Part shown: positions 27,457 through 37,706 of the stretch, piece by piece
Layout: each line of letters begins with the position of its first letter
Numbering within the stretch: position 1 is the first letter of the stretch
NCBI GenBank assembly: GCA_965246965.1
Contig: CBDFGD010000001.1
Location: 218,631-282,630, forward strand
Reading direction: 5' to 3'
Source of the DNA: Vicinamibacteria bacterium
GTDB lineage: Bacteria > Acidobacteriota > Vicinamibacteria > Fen-336 > CBDFGD01
Length of the DNA stretch: 64,000 nt
Notes under the pieces: generated by a model
Told to the model about the DNA's origin: nothing
What the model saw: only the letters and a program-made list of their open reading frames with translations
The model's database searches: none
Translations under genes and position numbers: made by a program

Positions 27457-29937
27457 CTACAGCTCTACTGGGACTGGCTCGACCCGCCAGATGTCCCGGC
27501 AGTACTCCGAAATGGCCCGGTCCGAGGAGAAGCGCCCCATCCGGGCGCTGGTGAGGATCGACATCCGCGCCCAGCGGTCCGGTTTGCGGTAGGCCAGATC
27601 GACCTCTGCCTGCCGTTCGAGGTAGCTGGCGAAGTCCTCGAGAACGAGGTATTCGTCCCTCTCGAGAAGCGAGTCGATCAGCGGCCGGAAAAGCTCTGAG
27701 TCTCCCTGCGAGAAGTGGCCTGAGCCGATCAGGTCCAGCACGCGGCGCAGCACGGAGTCGGATTCGTAGCGCTCCCGGGGCCGATAGCCTCGCGCCTTGA
27801 GCTCGCGAACCTGCCCGACATCCAGACCAAACAGGAAGAAGTTCTCGGGGCCGATGTCCTCGCGGATCTCGACGTTGGCGCCATCGAGGGTTCCGATCGT
27901 CAGGGCGCCGTTCATCGAGAACTTCATGTTGCCGGTGCCCGACGCCTCCTTGCCGGCCATCGAGATCTGCTCCGAGAGGTCGGCGGCAGGGTACACGGGT
28001 TGAGCGTTCTTGACGTTGAAATCAGGTAGATAGGCCACCCGCAGGCGGCCCTTCATAGCGGGCTCCGCGTTGACGACCGAAGCGACGGCGCCGATCAGCT
28101 TCACGATCAGCTTCGCCATCCGGTAGCCGGGGGCGGCCTTGCCCCCGAAGATGCAGGTGCGCGGCGCGATCTCGGCGTCCGGGTCGTTCTTGAGCCGATC
28201 GTAGAGGGCGACGATGTGCAGAACCTGCAGTTGCTGGCGCTTGTATTCGTGAATGCGCTTCACCAGGATGTCGAACATCGAGGTGGGATCGGCATCGACT
28301 CCCGCGCGGCGTCGCAGCTTCGCGGCCAGGTCGGCCTTGTTCTCGCGCTTGACCGCCCGCCATTGCTCGCGGAAAACCGCGTCGTCTGCCAGCTTCTCGA
28401 GACCGCGCAGCTGCTCGAGGTCCTTCACCCACCCGTCTCCGATGGCTTCGGTGATCAGGCGGGCCAGCCGGGGGTTGCTGAGCGCCATGAAGCGCCGGGG
28501 TGTCACGCCATTGGTCTTGTTGCTGAACTTGTCCGGTTGCAGCTCGTGGAAGTCGCGCATCACGTCCCGCTTCAGGAGCTCCGTGTGGAGCGCCGCGACG
28601 CCGTTGATGGCGCGGCTGCCGACGCTGGCGAGATGGGCCATGCGCACGTAGCGTTCGCCGCCCTCGTCGATCAGAGAGAGCCTCGCCATTCGCTCATCGT
28701 CACCCGGGTAGCGGCCCCGCACTTCTTCCAGGAAGCGGCGATTGATCTCGTAGATGATCTCGAGATGCCTGGGCAGCAGGCCGCCGAGCAGCGCGACCGA
28801 CCACTTCTCCAGGGCCTCGGGCAGCAACGTGTGATTCGTGTAGGCGAACGTCTCTCGTGTGATCTTCCACGCTTCGTCCCATCCCATCGCATGCTCGTCG
28901 ACGAGCAGCCGCATCAGCTCGGCCACGGCGATCGAGGGATGAGTGTCGTTCAGCTGAACCACGTATTTCTCGTGAAAGTCCTGGAGGCTCGAAGCGCGCT
29001 GCAGGTGAATCCGGATCATGTCCTTGAGCGCGCACGTTGCAAAGAAGTACTGCTGCTGCAGGCGCAGCGTCTTCCCTTCGAGGGGCTCGTCGTTGGGGTA
29101 GAGGACCTTGGTGATGTTCTCCGACACGACCTTCTCGTCCACCGCGCCGTAGTAGTCGCCCACGTTGAACGCCCGGAAGTCGAATGACTCGCACGCCTCC
29201 GCCTTGAACAGGCGCAACAGGTTTGCGGTGTTCACCCGGTAGCCGAGGATCGGCGTGTCGAAGGCCACGCCTCTGACGAGCTGGTGCGGGACCCAGCGCG
29301 TCCTGCGATGTCCCTGCTCGTCCTCGTAATCTTCTGTGCGCCCACCGAAGCCGACGTCGAAGGCGATCTCCGGTCGCGGGATCTCCCACGGGTTGCCGAA
29401 GCGCAGCCACTTGTCGGTGATCTCGACCTGCCAACCGTCGCGGATCTCCTGATCGATTGTGCCGTACTCGTAGCGGATGCCGTAGCCGATCGACGGGATC
29501 TGCAGCGTGGCGAGTGAGTCCAGGTAGCAGGCTGCGAGTCGCCCCAGCCCGCCGTTGCCCAACCCCGGCTCCTCCTCGGCCTCCAGCAGCTCGTCGAAGT
29601 CGAGGCCCAGCTCCGTGACGGCTTGCCGGGCTTCTTCGTAGATCCCGAGGTTGAGCAGATTGTTGCCGAGGTGCGGGCCGAGCAGGAACTCCGCGGACAG
29701 GTAGCAGACGGTGCGACTGCTCTGCTGGTAGTAGGTCCTGACGGTCTGCACCCAGCGCTGCAGCAGGCGATCGCGCACCGTGACCGCGAGCGCCATGTAG
29801 TTGTCGTTGGTCGTCGCGATCTTGGGGAAGCGAGCCTGCGCGTAGAAGAGGTTGTCGGCGAAGGCGCGCTTGAGCGCCTCGACGCTCAGCCCGGTCCGCG
29901 TCGGTTCGTAGGGAGCGGGGCCGCCTGGATCTTCCAA
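27457..29937 (-). CDS. glgP: glycogen/alpha-glucan phosphorylase
   Basis: 826 aa, full-length GT35 family sequence with PLP-Lys region; highly conserved. Confidence 0.9.
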   Translation of the reverse strand: MEDPGGPAPYEPTRTGLSVEALKRAFADNLFYAQARFPKIATTNDNYMALAVTVRDRLLQRWVQTVRTYYQQSSRTVCYLSAEFLLGPHLGNNLLNLGIYEEARQAVTELGLDFDELLEAEEEPGLGNGGLGRLAACYLDSLATLQIPSIGYGIRYEYGTIDQEIRDGWQVEITDKWLRFGNPWEIPRPEIAFDVGFGGRTEDYEDEQGHRRTRWVPHQLVRGVAFDTPILGYRVNTANLLRLFKAEACESFDFRAFNVGDYYGAVDEKVVSENITKVLYPNDEPLEGKTLRLQQQYFFATCALKDMIRIHLQRASSLQDFHEKYVVQLNDTHPSIAVAELMRLLVDEHAMGWDEAWKITRETFAYTNHTLLPEALEKWSVALLGGLLPRHLEIIYEINRRFLEEVRGRYPGDDERMARLSLIDEGGERYVRMAHLASVGSRAINGVAALHTELLKRDVMRDFHELQPDKFSNKTNGVTPRRFMALSNPRLARLITEAIGDGWVKDLEQLRGLEKLADDAVFREQWRAVKRENKADLAAKLRRRAGVDADPTSMFDILVKRIHEYKRQQLQVLHIVALYDRLKNDPDAEIAPRTCIFGGKAAPGYRMAKLIVKLIGAVASVVNAEPAMKGRLRVAYLPDFNVKNAQPVYPAADLSEQISMAGKEASGTGNMKFSMNGALTIGTLDGANVEIREDIGPENFFLFGLDVGQVRELKARGYRPRERYESDSVLRRVLDLIGSGHFSQGDSELFRPLIDSLLERDEYLVLEDFASYLERQAEVDLAYRKPDRWARMSILTSARMGRFSSDRAISEYCRDIWRVEPVPVEL

Positions 29938-30035
29938 TGGGTTACCGGGGCTGTCGAACGTCCGAAAGAGAGCGGGCTGAGTATACGACCATGGCGCCCG
30001 CGGCTACTGGTCAGACCCACCGCCACCGTGTCGGT

Positions 30036-30070
30036 GATGAGCGACGCAGCCAGGCGGGATGCATCGGCGT
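30036..30070 (+). repeat. 35-bp intergenic repeat copy B
   Basis: exact match to 25173..25207. Confidence 0.8.
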
Positions 30071-30122
30071 CGCAGCGGTATCGAATCCCCTGTTACAGGC
30101 CACTAGGAGCGGGTCGTTCCGG

Positions 30123-30566
30123 TTAGGGCAGTACTGCCAGGACCACCTCCAGCGTCGCGACCTGAACCTCGTGCGTCCACGCGCTGATCTTGGCGAAGCT
30201 CAGGTTGCGCTTGCCGCGCACCTCGGCACACAGCCGCATGCGAGCGTCCTGGGGCTCGACGGGGTGGTGGAACTTAGCGCTGGCGCGGACCAAACGCGGC
30301 CGGCCGCGCTTCCCGCGGGACCAGGCGCACAGCGCCACGAGCTGACCGGCGGCCTCGATGATCAGGGTTCCTGGGAAGATCGGGTCTCCTGGGAAGTGAT
30401 GCGGATACACCCAATGCTCCAACCCCAGATCGACCTCGCCGGAGATGGCGGACTCTCCGACGTCGGTGACGCGACAGATCTGCCGCATCTGGCCGACGGG
30501 GAGGAATGTGGAGTCGATTTCTATCAGTGACCCGCGTTCGACGCGGGCGGAGTCGGTGTCGTGCAT
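30123..30566 (-). CDS. FabZ/FabA-like hot-dog 3-hydroxyacyl-ACP dehydratase
   Basis: HFPGDPIFPGTLIIEAAGQ motif; start at internal ATG 30566. Confidence 0.65.
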   Translation of the reverse strand: MHDTDSARVERGSLIEIDSTFLPVGQMRQICRVTDVGESAISGEVDLGLEHWVYPHHFPGDPIFPGTLIIEAAGQLVALCAWSRGKRGRPRLVRASAKFHHPVEPQDARMRLCAEVRGKRNLSFAKISAWTHEVQVATLEVVLAVLP

Positions 30567-30729
30567 CGCGGGTCTGCCTCGTCCATGGCAACGGTGCCGG
30601 GCTCGTGGGCGTTCGTAGACCCGGCTCGCTTTCAGGCGCACGTCGTCGACCCACGCGAGGTCGTGCCCACCCTAAGGTGTTCCCGGGCTCGCACCGGTGC
30701 TTCGGTAGCCGCAACAAGTTGGAAGCGTA

Positions 30730-32613
30730 CTAGAAGTCGAGCGGCGAGGGCACCGGCTCGAGGCGTCCGAGCAGCTTGAGCAACCCGAGCGACAGGTCCG
30801 GGACGTAGGTGATCAGCAGCACGCCGATCAACAAGATGACGAGAAAGGGGAAGGTGTCGCGATAGACGCGGAGCAGCGGGCGATCGAACCGGGTCGACGA
30901 GAGAAACAGGTTCATGCCCACCGGCGGCGTGAGGAAGCCCAGCTCGAGGTTGGCGAGAAAGATGATGCCCATGTGCAGCGGGTGCACGCCGAAGGCCGCG
31001 CCGATCGGTGCGATCAGCGGCACGACGATGACGATCGCGGCGTAGATGTCGACCAGGCAGCCGACGATCAGCAGCAGCACGTTCAACGCCAACAAGAAGA
31101 CGAGCCGCGAGTCGATCGCTCCGCGCACCCATTCGAGCAGGCGGTCGGCGATCTGGGCGTCGACGATGTAGCTCGTCAGGCCCATCGCCACGGCCAGCAG
31201 GATCAGGATCGCACCCATCAGCGTCGAGGCTTTCAGCAGGACGGCAGGAAGCCCGAGGCGGAAGGAGATGTCACGCGTCACGAAGCACTGAGTGACCACC
31301 GCGTAGGCCACGGCGGCAGCGGCCGTCTCCACCATCGAAGCGAGGCCGCTGGCGAACAAGGCGACCACGAACAGCGGCAGCCCCAGCTCCCATTTCGCTT
31401 CCCAGGCGCCGCCGACCAGCTCCTTCAGATTGAAATCGGTACGGTCGATGGCGGTCTTCCGCCCCACCAGGACGCCGTAGACGGCGACGATGCCGACGAG
31501 CAGAAGCCCTGGGATCAGACCGGCGATGTAGAGGTCGTCTGCGGGGACCGACATCTCACTCGTGCTGGCGACCACGGCATAGAGGATGACCGGCAGGCTG
31601 GGCGGGAACAGAAGACCCAGGCTCCCCCCGGCCGTGATCAGCCCGAGCGAGAAGCCCTCGGGGTAGCGGTCCGCCTTGAGGATCGGCAGCACGAGACCAC
31701 CGAGAGCGATGATCGTGATTCCGGAGCCGCCCGTGAAGGTCGTGAAGAGCGCGCAGGCGGCCGCCACCACGATCGCGAGCCCTCCCGGCATCCAGCCGAA
31801 CAGGGCCCGGAAGAAGCGCAGCAGGCGGGTCGAGGCACCGCCCTCTGCGAGGACGTAGCCCGCCACGGTCAGCAACGGGATCGCCGGCAGCGTCGGCGAC
31901 TGGATGAGGCGATAGACCTCCGCAGACACGGCCGCGACCGGCGTTCCGTCCGCGAAGAAGAGCGCCAGCGCCAGGGCGCCGAGCACGACGAAGATGGGAG
32001 TGCCGATCGTCGCCGAGGCGAGGATCCCAGCGGCCAGCGGCCAGAAGAAGGCGGCGACCGTGTCGGGAATCAGACCGAGCGAGATCGCGACGGGAATTGC
32101 CGCGAAGGCCGCCGCCTTGCCCCGCCAGCCGTCGGAGGCGCCCCACGCGAAGCGGAGTGCCATCAAGCCCAGGCAGGTCGGCATCACGAGCTCGCTGACC
32201 CATGCGGGAAGACCGATGGGGAGCGTCTCGCTGAACTCTCTGTTGGAGGCCACGAGGACGCCGCTGGCGTAGGCCAGAACGGTCAGTGTCGCCGCGGAGA
32301 TGGCGTGAGAGACAACCCGGGCGGCGCGTCGCGCGCGGTCGCCCATGAACTCGGTCGTCGAGAGCATGAGGTGCTTGCCGGCGCGCGTGGTGATCAGGCC
32401 GCCGACAAACGCGAGCCACATCACGAGGTGCTGCACGTACTGGGCGGAGCCGGGGATGTGAGCGCCGCTCACGTAGCGGCCGAGCGCTTCGCTCAGCAGC
32501 ATCAGCGTCGCCAGGGCGAGCGCGGCGATCACGCCAAGCTGCTCGGCGCGTCCCAACCAGGCGTCGACCGAGCGCAACACGCCGCGGTCCGGCGTCGCGG
32601 CGGCCTCAGTCAC
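30730..32613 (-). CDS. TRAP transporter fused DctQ-DctM permease
   Basis: 627 aa polytopic; small-subunit-like N-terminus plus DctM-like 12-TM body. Confidence 0.8.
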   Translation of the reverse strand: MTEAAATPDRGVLRSVDAWLGRAEQLGVIAALALATLMLLSEALGRYVSGAHIPGSAQYVQHLVMWLAFVGGLITTRAGKHLMLSTTEFMGDRARRAARVVSHAISAATLTVLAYASGVLVASNREFSETLPIGLPAWVSELVMPTCLGLMALRFAWGASDGWRGKAAAFAAIPVAISLGLIPDTVAAFFWPLAAGILASATIGTPIFVVLGALALALFFADGTPVAAVSAEVYRLIQSPTLPAIPLLTVAGYVLAEGGASTRLLRFFRALFGWMPGGLAIVVAAACALFTTFTGGSGITIIALGGLVLPILKADRYPEGFSLGLITAGGSLGLLFPPSLPVILYAVVASTSEMSVPADDLYIAGLIPGLLLVGIVAVYGVLVGRKTAIDRTDFNLKELVGGAWEAKWELGLPLFVVALFASGLASMVETAAAAVAYAVVTQCFVTRDISFRLGLPAVLLKASTLMGAILILLAVAMGLTSYIVDAQIADRLLEWVRGAIDSRLVFLLALNVLLLIVGCLVDIYAAIVIVVPLIAPIGAAFGVHPLHMGIIFLANLELGFLTPPVGMNLFLSSTRFDRPLLRVYRDTFPFLVILLIGVLLITYVPDLSLGLLKLLGRLEPVPSPLDF

Positions 32614-32630
32614 GCCGTGCCGTCAGGCTT

Positions 32631-33668
32631 TCAGTCGTTGCCGGCTCCGGCTCCGCTGCTCCGATAGTCCTCGAGGTGCCGGCGGGCCTCGTCGAAGGCG
32701 TCCGCCGGAATGACACTGCCCCGGATCCGAGGGTAGGCGTCCTGCACGAGCTTCTCCCAGACCGCCTGCGTGGCCGCGTCCACCTCGACGACGTCGAGGC
32801 CTCGCTGCTGCATGGCCGCGATGTCCTTGGGGCCCGATTCGCGGGTCTCCTGACGCAGGCGCTCGCCCGCGGCGCGGGCCGCCTCGATCAACTCGGGTCG
32901 CAGCTCCGCCGGGACGCTCTGCCACGCCTTCTTGGTGACGACGGTCGCGCCCACGAGGAGCGTCCAGCGGACGTTTGTCATGTGGGTGGCGTGTTTGAAC
33001 CACTGCAGGGCGACGGCGGCCTGCGGGGGCGCCGGCATGGCCGTGACGAGCCCGGTCTGAAGCGCCGTGGAGACCTCGGTCGACGGCAGCGGGATGGGGG
33101 TCATGCCCGCGGCCTTGTATGTCTCTATGACGTCTGTGTCGCCGGCCCACGCGAAGAGCTTCGTGCGCTTCAGATCGTCGGGCGTCCGGACGGGCTCCTT
33201 GGTGAAGAAGTAGACCCATCCGGCGTCGGTCCAGTTGAGCACCACGAAGCCCTGCGCCTCGAAGGCGGCGTCGAGTCGCGGCGTCATCTTCCCGCGCACG
33301 TAGTCGGCCTCCTCGAAGGTGCGGTAGAGCATCGGGATCTGAAGTGCGTAGACGTCCGGCACGACCGTTCCGACGCCGGCGAGCAGCGCCGCATGGAGCG
33401 TCCCGAGTCGCATCTTGCGCACGACCACGGGGTCGTCTCCGGCCGTCTGTCCTGGATAGATGCGCAGCCGGACGCGGCCCCCCGAGATCTCCTTCCACTC
33501 GTTCTCGAGCTGCTTGAAGATGCGGTGCCACACGGAACCCGCTGGCGCCGGGCTCGCGAGCTTGATCAGCACGGGGCGCTGCGCCACGGCGACCGGCAAC
33601 CCGAAGGTGGCGAGCGTCAGGCTGGCAGCGATCACGACGGCCAGGCTGGCTCGGGCTCTACGCTTCAA
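32631..33668 (-). CDS. TRAP transporter substrate-binding protein (DctP family)
   Basis: signal peptide, 345 aa, DctP-like. Confidence 0.8.
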   Translation of the reverse strand: MKRRARASLAVVIAASLTLATFGLPVAVAQRPVLIKLASPAPAGSVWHRIFKQLENEWKEISGGRVRLRIYPGQTAGDDPVVVRKMRLGTLHAALLAGVGTVVPDVYALQIPMLYRTFEEADYVRGKMTPRLDAAFEAQGFVVLNWTDAGWVYFFTKEPVRTPDDLKRTKLFAWAGDTDVIETYKAAGMTPIPLPSTEVSTALQTGLVTAMPAPPQAAVALQWFKHATHMTNVRWTLLVGATVVTKKAWQSVPAELRPELIEAARAAGERLRQETRESGPKDIAAMQQRGLDVVEVDAATQAVWEKLVQDAYPRIRGSVIPADAFDEARRHLEDYRSSGAGAGND

Positions 33669-33707
33669 TCAAAACCTCCTTAGGCGGCCCCACGCCGGCC
33701 ACCTCAC

Positions 33708-34634
33708 TCACTCGATGAAAAGCTCGTCGGTCCGGCCGAGCAGCCAGCGCGCGCGCCGCTGGGCGATCACGTTGCTCAAGCGCGCCGCCGGAAGGGCGTC
33801 GATATCCACTGCCAACGCTTGGTGCATCAGGGAGTCGAACTCCTCGCGATTCTGCTCGGCCACCGAGACCGCCTCGGCGAAGCTCACCAGAGGGAACGCT
33901 CGATTGCCCCCGGATAGTTCCATCGCCCGTTTCAAATGGTAGCGAGCCTGCTCGACCGAGGCGCCAGCCGACGCCGGCCGACCGCCCTCGAACGAAATGA
34001 AGAACTCGTGAATGGCGCCGTATTCAAAGCCCTCGTCGAGCGCCAGGCCACGTCTCATCATGGCGGCCATCAGATCCTGATCGGCCGTCAGCTCGGAGTC
34101 CTCGATAGCGATCGAGATAGCCGCTCCCCAGGAGGCCGCCGTCCAGTACAACAGTCTCACGTGCTCTCGCCTGGCGCGTCCGAGAACTTCGTCCGGGTTT
34201 CGGCGCAGGCGCGTCTCGAAGTCGTCGAACTCTTCTTCGAGGGCGCGCATGCCGTAGCCGAGTGCCCGCAAGTAGAGCCGCTTGGCCCGATCGCGCTGGT
34301 GCTCGGCGCGAGAGTAGTCCTCGTCTTCGACGAAATCCGCGTTCTGCTGGACGAAGCCATAGGCGTACTGAGTGAATCCGCTGACCGCGGCGTACAGCAG
34401 CCCCTCGTGCCTCGGAGATTCGGCCAAAAGGGCCTCTATCGTCTTGAGCCCGAACGGGATGGCCCCTTCGACCAGTTCCGGATCTTCGTCCGAAGAGTAG
34501 CTGTCGCCGGCTTCGGCAAGGGCGTTGCCCAGCGAGTTGATCGCCATCTTCTTGATCGAGCATCCCGGCAGCGTCGCGAGCGAGACGACGGCGACGAGAA
34601 CTCCTCCAGCGGCTTCGAAGGGGGGCTTCGGCAT
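33708..34634 (-). CDS. TatT-family TPR lipoprotein associated with TRAP transporter (TPAT system)
   Basis: lipobox LATLPGCS; all-helical TPR-like; position immediately upstream of dctP/dctQM. Confidence 0.6.
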   Translation of the reverse strand: MPKPPFEAAGGVLVAVVSLATLPGCSIKKMAINSLGNALAEAGDSYSSDEDPELVEGAIPFGLKTIEALLAESPRHEGLLYAAVSGFTQYAYGFVQQNADFVEDEDYSRAEHQRDRAKRLYLRALGYGMRALEEEFDDFETRLRRNPDEVLGRARREHVRLLYWTAASWGAAISIAIEDSELTADQDLMAAMMRRGLALDEGFEYGAIHEFFISFEGGRPASAGASVEQARYHLKRAMELSGGNRAFPLVSFAEAVSVAEQNREEFDSLMHQALAVDIDALPAARLSNVIAQRRARWLLGRTDELFIE

Positions 34635-34734
34635 GTCGACCAGACGATTCTACCCTTCGCAGCGCGACCTCACCCGCTGACCAAGAGCGAGTCCCTCGAA
34701 CCCGCGACCGCGCCGCTCGCGCGACTCGCCGCCG

Positions 34735-36051
34735 TCAGGCGCCCTGAAACCGCGCCTCGGCGGCCCGTGCGGCCCGCCGGCCCGCGTCGACGTCGACGAA
34801 GGCCAGAAGCGCCCCGCCGACGACGAAGAACGCGATGATGCCGAGGATGGCCGGACGGGCCGAGCCGGTCAGGCTGATCATGGCGGCGAAGAGCGCGGGA
34901 CCGAAGATGCCGGCGAACTTCTCGAACACCCCGAAGAAACCGAAGAACTCGGCGGACTTCTGCTTCGGGATCAGCGTGGCGAAGAGCGAGCGCGACAGCG
35001 CCTGTGAGCCTCCCTGGACTGTGCCCACCAGAATCGCCAGGACGAAGAAGTCGGCGGCGCTGGTCATGCGATAGCCGACGATGGCGATCAGCGTGTAGAC
35101 GCCCAGGCCGACGTAGATGGCCTGCTTCGGCCCGATGCGATCGGCGAGCGCGCCGAAAAGGAACGAGAACGGGATGCCCACGAACTGGACCAGCAGCAGC
35201 GCCAAGGCGAGAGTGCCGGTCGCGATGCCGATCTCGGCCCGGCCGTAGATCGACGCCATACGGATGATCGTGCCGATGCCATCGTTGTAGATCACGAAGG
35301 CCAGTAGAAAGATCGCCGCGTGCTTGTAGCTGCGAAGCTCGTGAAAGGTCTCCAGCAGGTGCCCGAAGGCCGTCCCGAGCCGAAGGTTACCGTCGCCCTT
35401 CGGCGGCTCGGGGACGGTGCGGAACAGCGGGATCGAGAAGACCAGCCACCACGCCCCGGCGAGGAGGAAGGAGGCGCGAAACGCCATCTCGTGATCGGCG
35501 AAGCCGAACGTCTCGGGCCACTGTAGCCATGCGATGTTGATGGCCATCGGCAAGGCGCCGCCGAGGTAGCCGAGCGCGTACCCGGCCGTGGCGACCCGAT
35601 CGATCTCATCCTGTTTCGCGACGTGCGGGAGCAGTGACTCGTAGAAGACGAGGCTGCCCGCGACGCCGACGTTGGCGAGGCCGAACAGCGTGGCCGCGAG
35701 CAACCAATCGCCGCTGCCCACTCCGGCCAGCGCCGCGGTTGCCGTGACCCCGATTCCGAGAAAAATCCCCAGGAAGCGTTTCTTCAGCCCCGCCGCATCC
35801 GCGAACGCGCCGAGAATCGGGGCCAGGGCCGCAGTGATTGCCAGCGCAATCGTGGTCGCCAGAGCGTGGCGCCGGGTCGCCTCGGCAGGCTCGAGCTCGG
35901 CCGCCACCACGTCGGCGAAGTAGATTGGAAAGATCAGGATTCCCGTCGTCATGAAGACGGAGTTGGCCCAGTCGTACATCGACCACGCGCGCAGCTCTGG
36001 GCGACCGAGCCCGACCCGCGCGAGCCAGCCTTGAAGCTGGCTCACTTCCAC
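34735..36051 (-). CDS. MFS transporter, UMF1/Atg22-like family
   Basis: [12 protein letters not shown]-terminal motif, 12 predicted TM helices. Confidence 0.7.
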   Translation of the reverse strand: MEVSQLQGWLARVGLGRPELRAWSMYDWANSVFMTTGILIFPIYFADVVAAELEPAEATRRHALATTIALAITAALAPILGAFADAAGLKKRFLGIFLGIGVTATAALAGVGSGDWLLAATLFGLANVGVAGSLVFYESLLPHVAKQDEIDRVATAGYALGYLGGALPMAINIAWLQWPETFGFADHEMAFRASFLLAGAWWLVFSIPLFRTVPEPPKGDGNLRLGTAFGHLLETFHELRSYKHAAIFLLAFVIYNDGIGTIIRMASIYGRAEIGIATGTLALALLLVQFVGIPFSFLFGALADRIGPKQAIYVGLGVYTLIAIVGYRMTSAADFFVLAILVGTVQGGSQALSRSLFATLIPKQKSAEFFGFFGVFEKFAGIFGPALFAAMISLTGSARPAILGIIAFFVVGGALLAFVDVDAGRRAARAAEARFQGA

Positions 36052-37631
36052 TTCAGGCCGAGGCTGCTTCCGACTTTGATATCGAGGAAGTGGCCCTGGC
36101 CGACCACGAACGCACCCCGCAGCATTTCCGCTTTGGTCCGTCCGTTGTCGTCCACCTCCACTCGCACGAAGTACTCACCGCCTGGAACCGAGAGCGTCTT
36201 GCGGATGTTGGCCTTGCCATCGATGCGGGCCTTGCGCTCGTCCTCGGACATCAACGCCTCGTCGAGCGTCAGCTTGCCGTCGATGAACACCTTCCAGCCT
36301 CCCTGCTTGACTCTGTGCTCGAGGTCCACGATGAGCTGAGCCGCGCGTACCGGCGTAGGCCTTCGGGTCGGGCGCGGGGCCGCGGTGGCCGGGGGGCGCG
36401 TCACAGGTGGCGCTGCTGGGGTCGTGCTCGGGGGCGTTTCGTCGGCTCCGGACTCAGTGCCCGGAGCGTCCGGGTCCGCAACGGCGCCAGGATCGACGTC
36501 GGGCCTTCCGTCAAGGGTTGCGGCCTCGGACGGGATCGTCGTCGGCGCGGGGGTCAACGCTCGCGGGGTCGAGCGCCCAACATAGAAGGCCGAGCCGACG
36601 AGCGCGACTACCGCGACGGCCGCGAGGATGAATCGCCCGGGCGTGAGGATCGACGCCTTCGGCAGGCTCGCCCCCATCATGCTGTGTGTCTCGGCGGAGT
36701 AGACGGTGCCCGACGACTGGACGAGGGTGCTGAGACCGCCGGGCCGACCCTCGAGCTTGCTGGCCAGGCCCGGGCGTTCGCGGACGGGTCGGTCGGCGAG
36801 CAGATCCTCGACGTCCTCCCGGAGCGAAGCTCCGTCCGGATAGCGCCGCCCCGGCTCCTTCGCCAGGCAGCGTGCCAGGAAGCGGTCGATGTCGGTCGGC
36901 GGGCCCGGCCGTATGAGGGTCGGCGCCGCCGGTGCTTCGGTCGTGACCTTGGCGAGGATCGCTGGCACGCTGGGCGCGTCGAAGGCTCGTTGGCCGGTGA
37001 TCTGTTCGTAGAGGACCGAGCCGAGCGAGAACAGGTCGCTGCGCCCGTCGAGCTTGACGCCGGCCGCCTGCTCCGGTGACATGTAAGACGGCGTGCCGAA
37101 GACGTCGCCCTTGACGGTGAGCTGAGATGTCGGCGCCTTGGCGATTCCGAAGTCCATGATCTTCGGATCGCCGTTGGGCAGGATCATGATGTTCGCGGGC
37201 TTGATGTCGCGGTGAACGATGCCCTGCGCGTGAGCCAGGTGCAACGCGTCTGCGACACGCGCCGCGATGCGCAACGCCTCGCGCCACTCCATCAGCTGGC
37301 CTGCGGCGACGCACTCGTCTAGCGGCTGCCCTTCGAGGTACTCGAGTGCGATGAACGGCGTGCCCGTCGCCTCATCGCGGCCCACATCGTGAACCACCAC
37401 GATGTTGGGGTGGGTGAGGCCCGCGGCGAGGCGCGCCTCGGTCAGAAAGCGTTGCTCGAACACCTCCCGCTCCGCCGGCCTGACGCCGAGCGCCGGGTGG
37501 ATCGTCTTGAGCGCGACCGTCCTATCGAGCGCGGGATCGACGGCCTTGTAGACCACGCCCATGGTCCCCTGGCCGATGACGCCGTGGATCTCGTAGCGAC
37601 CGAGTGCGGTTGGATGTTGGTCTCGCGACAC
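36042..37631 (-). CDS. Hanks-type Ser/Thr protein kinase with TM helix and C-terminal extracytoplasmic domain
   Basis: GQGTMGVVYKA..ALK, HRDIKPANIMI, DFGIAK, TPSYMSPEQ; Pro-rich linker; TM ILAAVAVVALVGSAFYV. Confidence 0.8.
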   Translation of the reverse strand: MSRDQHPTALGRYEIHGVIGQGTMGVVYKAVDPALDRTVALKTIHPALGVRPAEREVFEQRFLTEARLAAGLTHPNIVVVHDVGRDEATGTPFIALEYLEGQPLDECVAAGQLMEWREALRIAARVADALHLAHAQGIVHRDIKPANIMILPNGDPKIMDFGIAKAPTSQLTVKGDVFGTPSYMSPEQAAGVKLDGRSDLFSLGSVLYEQITGQRAFDAPSVPAILAKVTTEAPAAPTLIRPGPPTDIDRFLARCLAKEPGRRYPDGASLREDVEDLLADRPVRERPGLASKLEGRPGGLSTLVQSSGTVYSAETHSMMGASLPKASILTPGRFILAAVAVVALVGSAFYVGRSTPRALTPAPTTIPSEAATLDGRPDVDPGAVADPDAPGTESGADETPPSTTPAAPPVTRPPATAAPRPTRRPTPVRAAQLIVDLEHRVKQGGWKVFIDGKLTLDEALMSEDERKARIDGKANIRKTLSVPGGEYFVRVEVDDNGRTKAEMLRGAFVVGQGHFLDIKVGSSLGLKWK

Positions 37632-37706
37632 GTCGCGTCAGTTTAGCCCGATCGGAAGCAACGAATCGGTCATTGCGACGTCGAGGTCAAGATCTCCCCG
37701 GCGACC

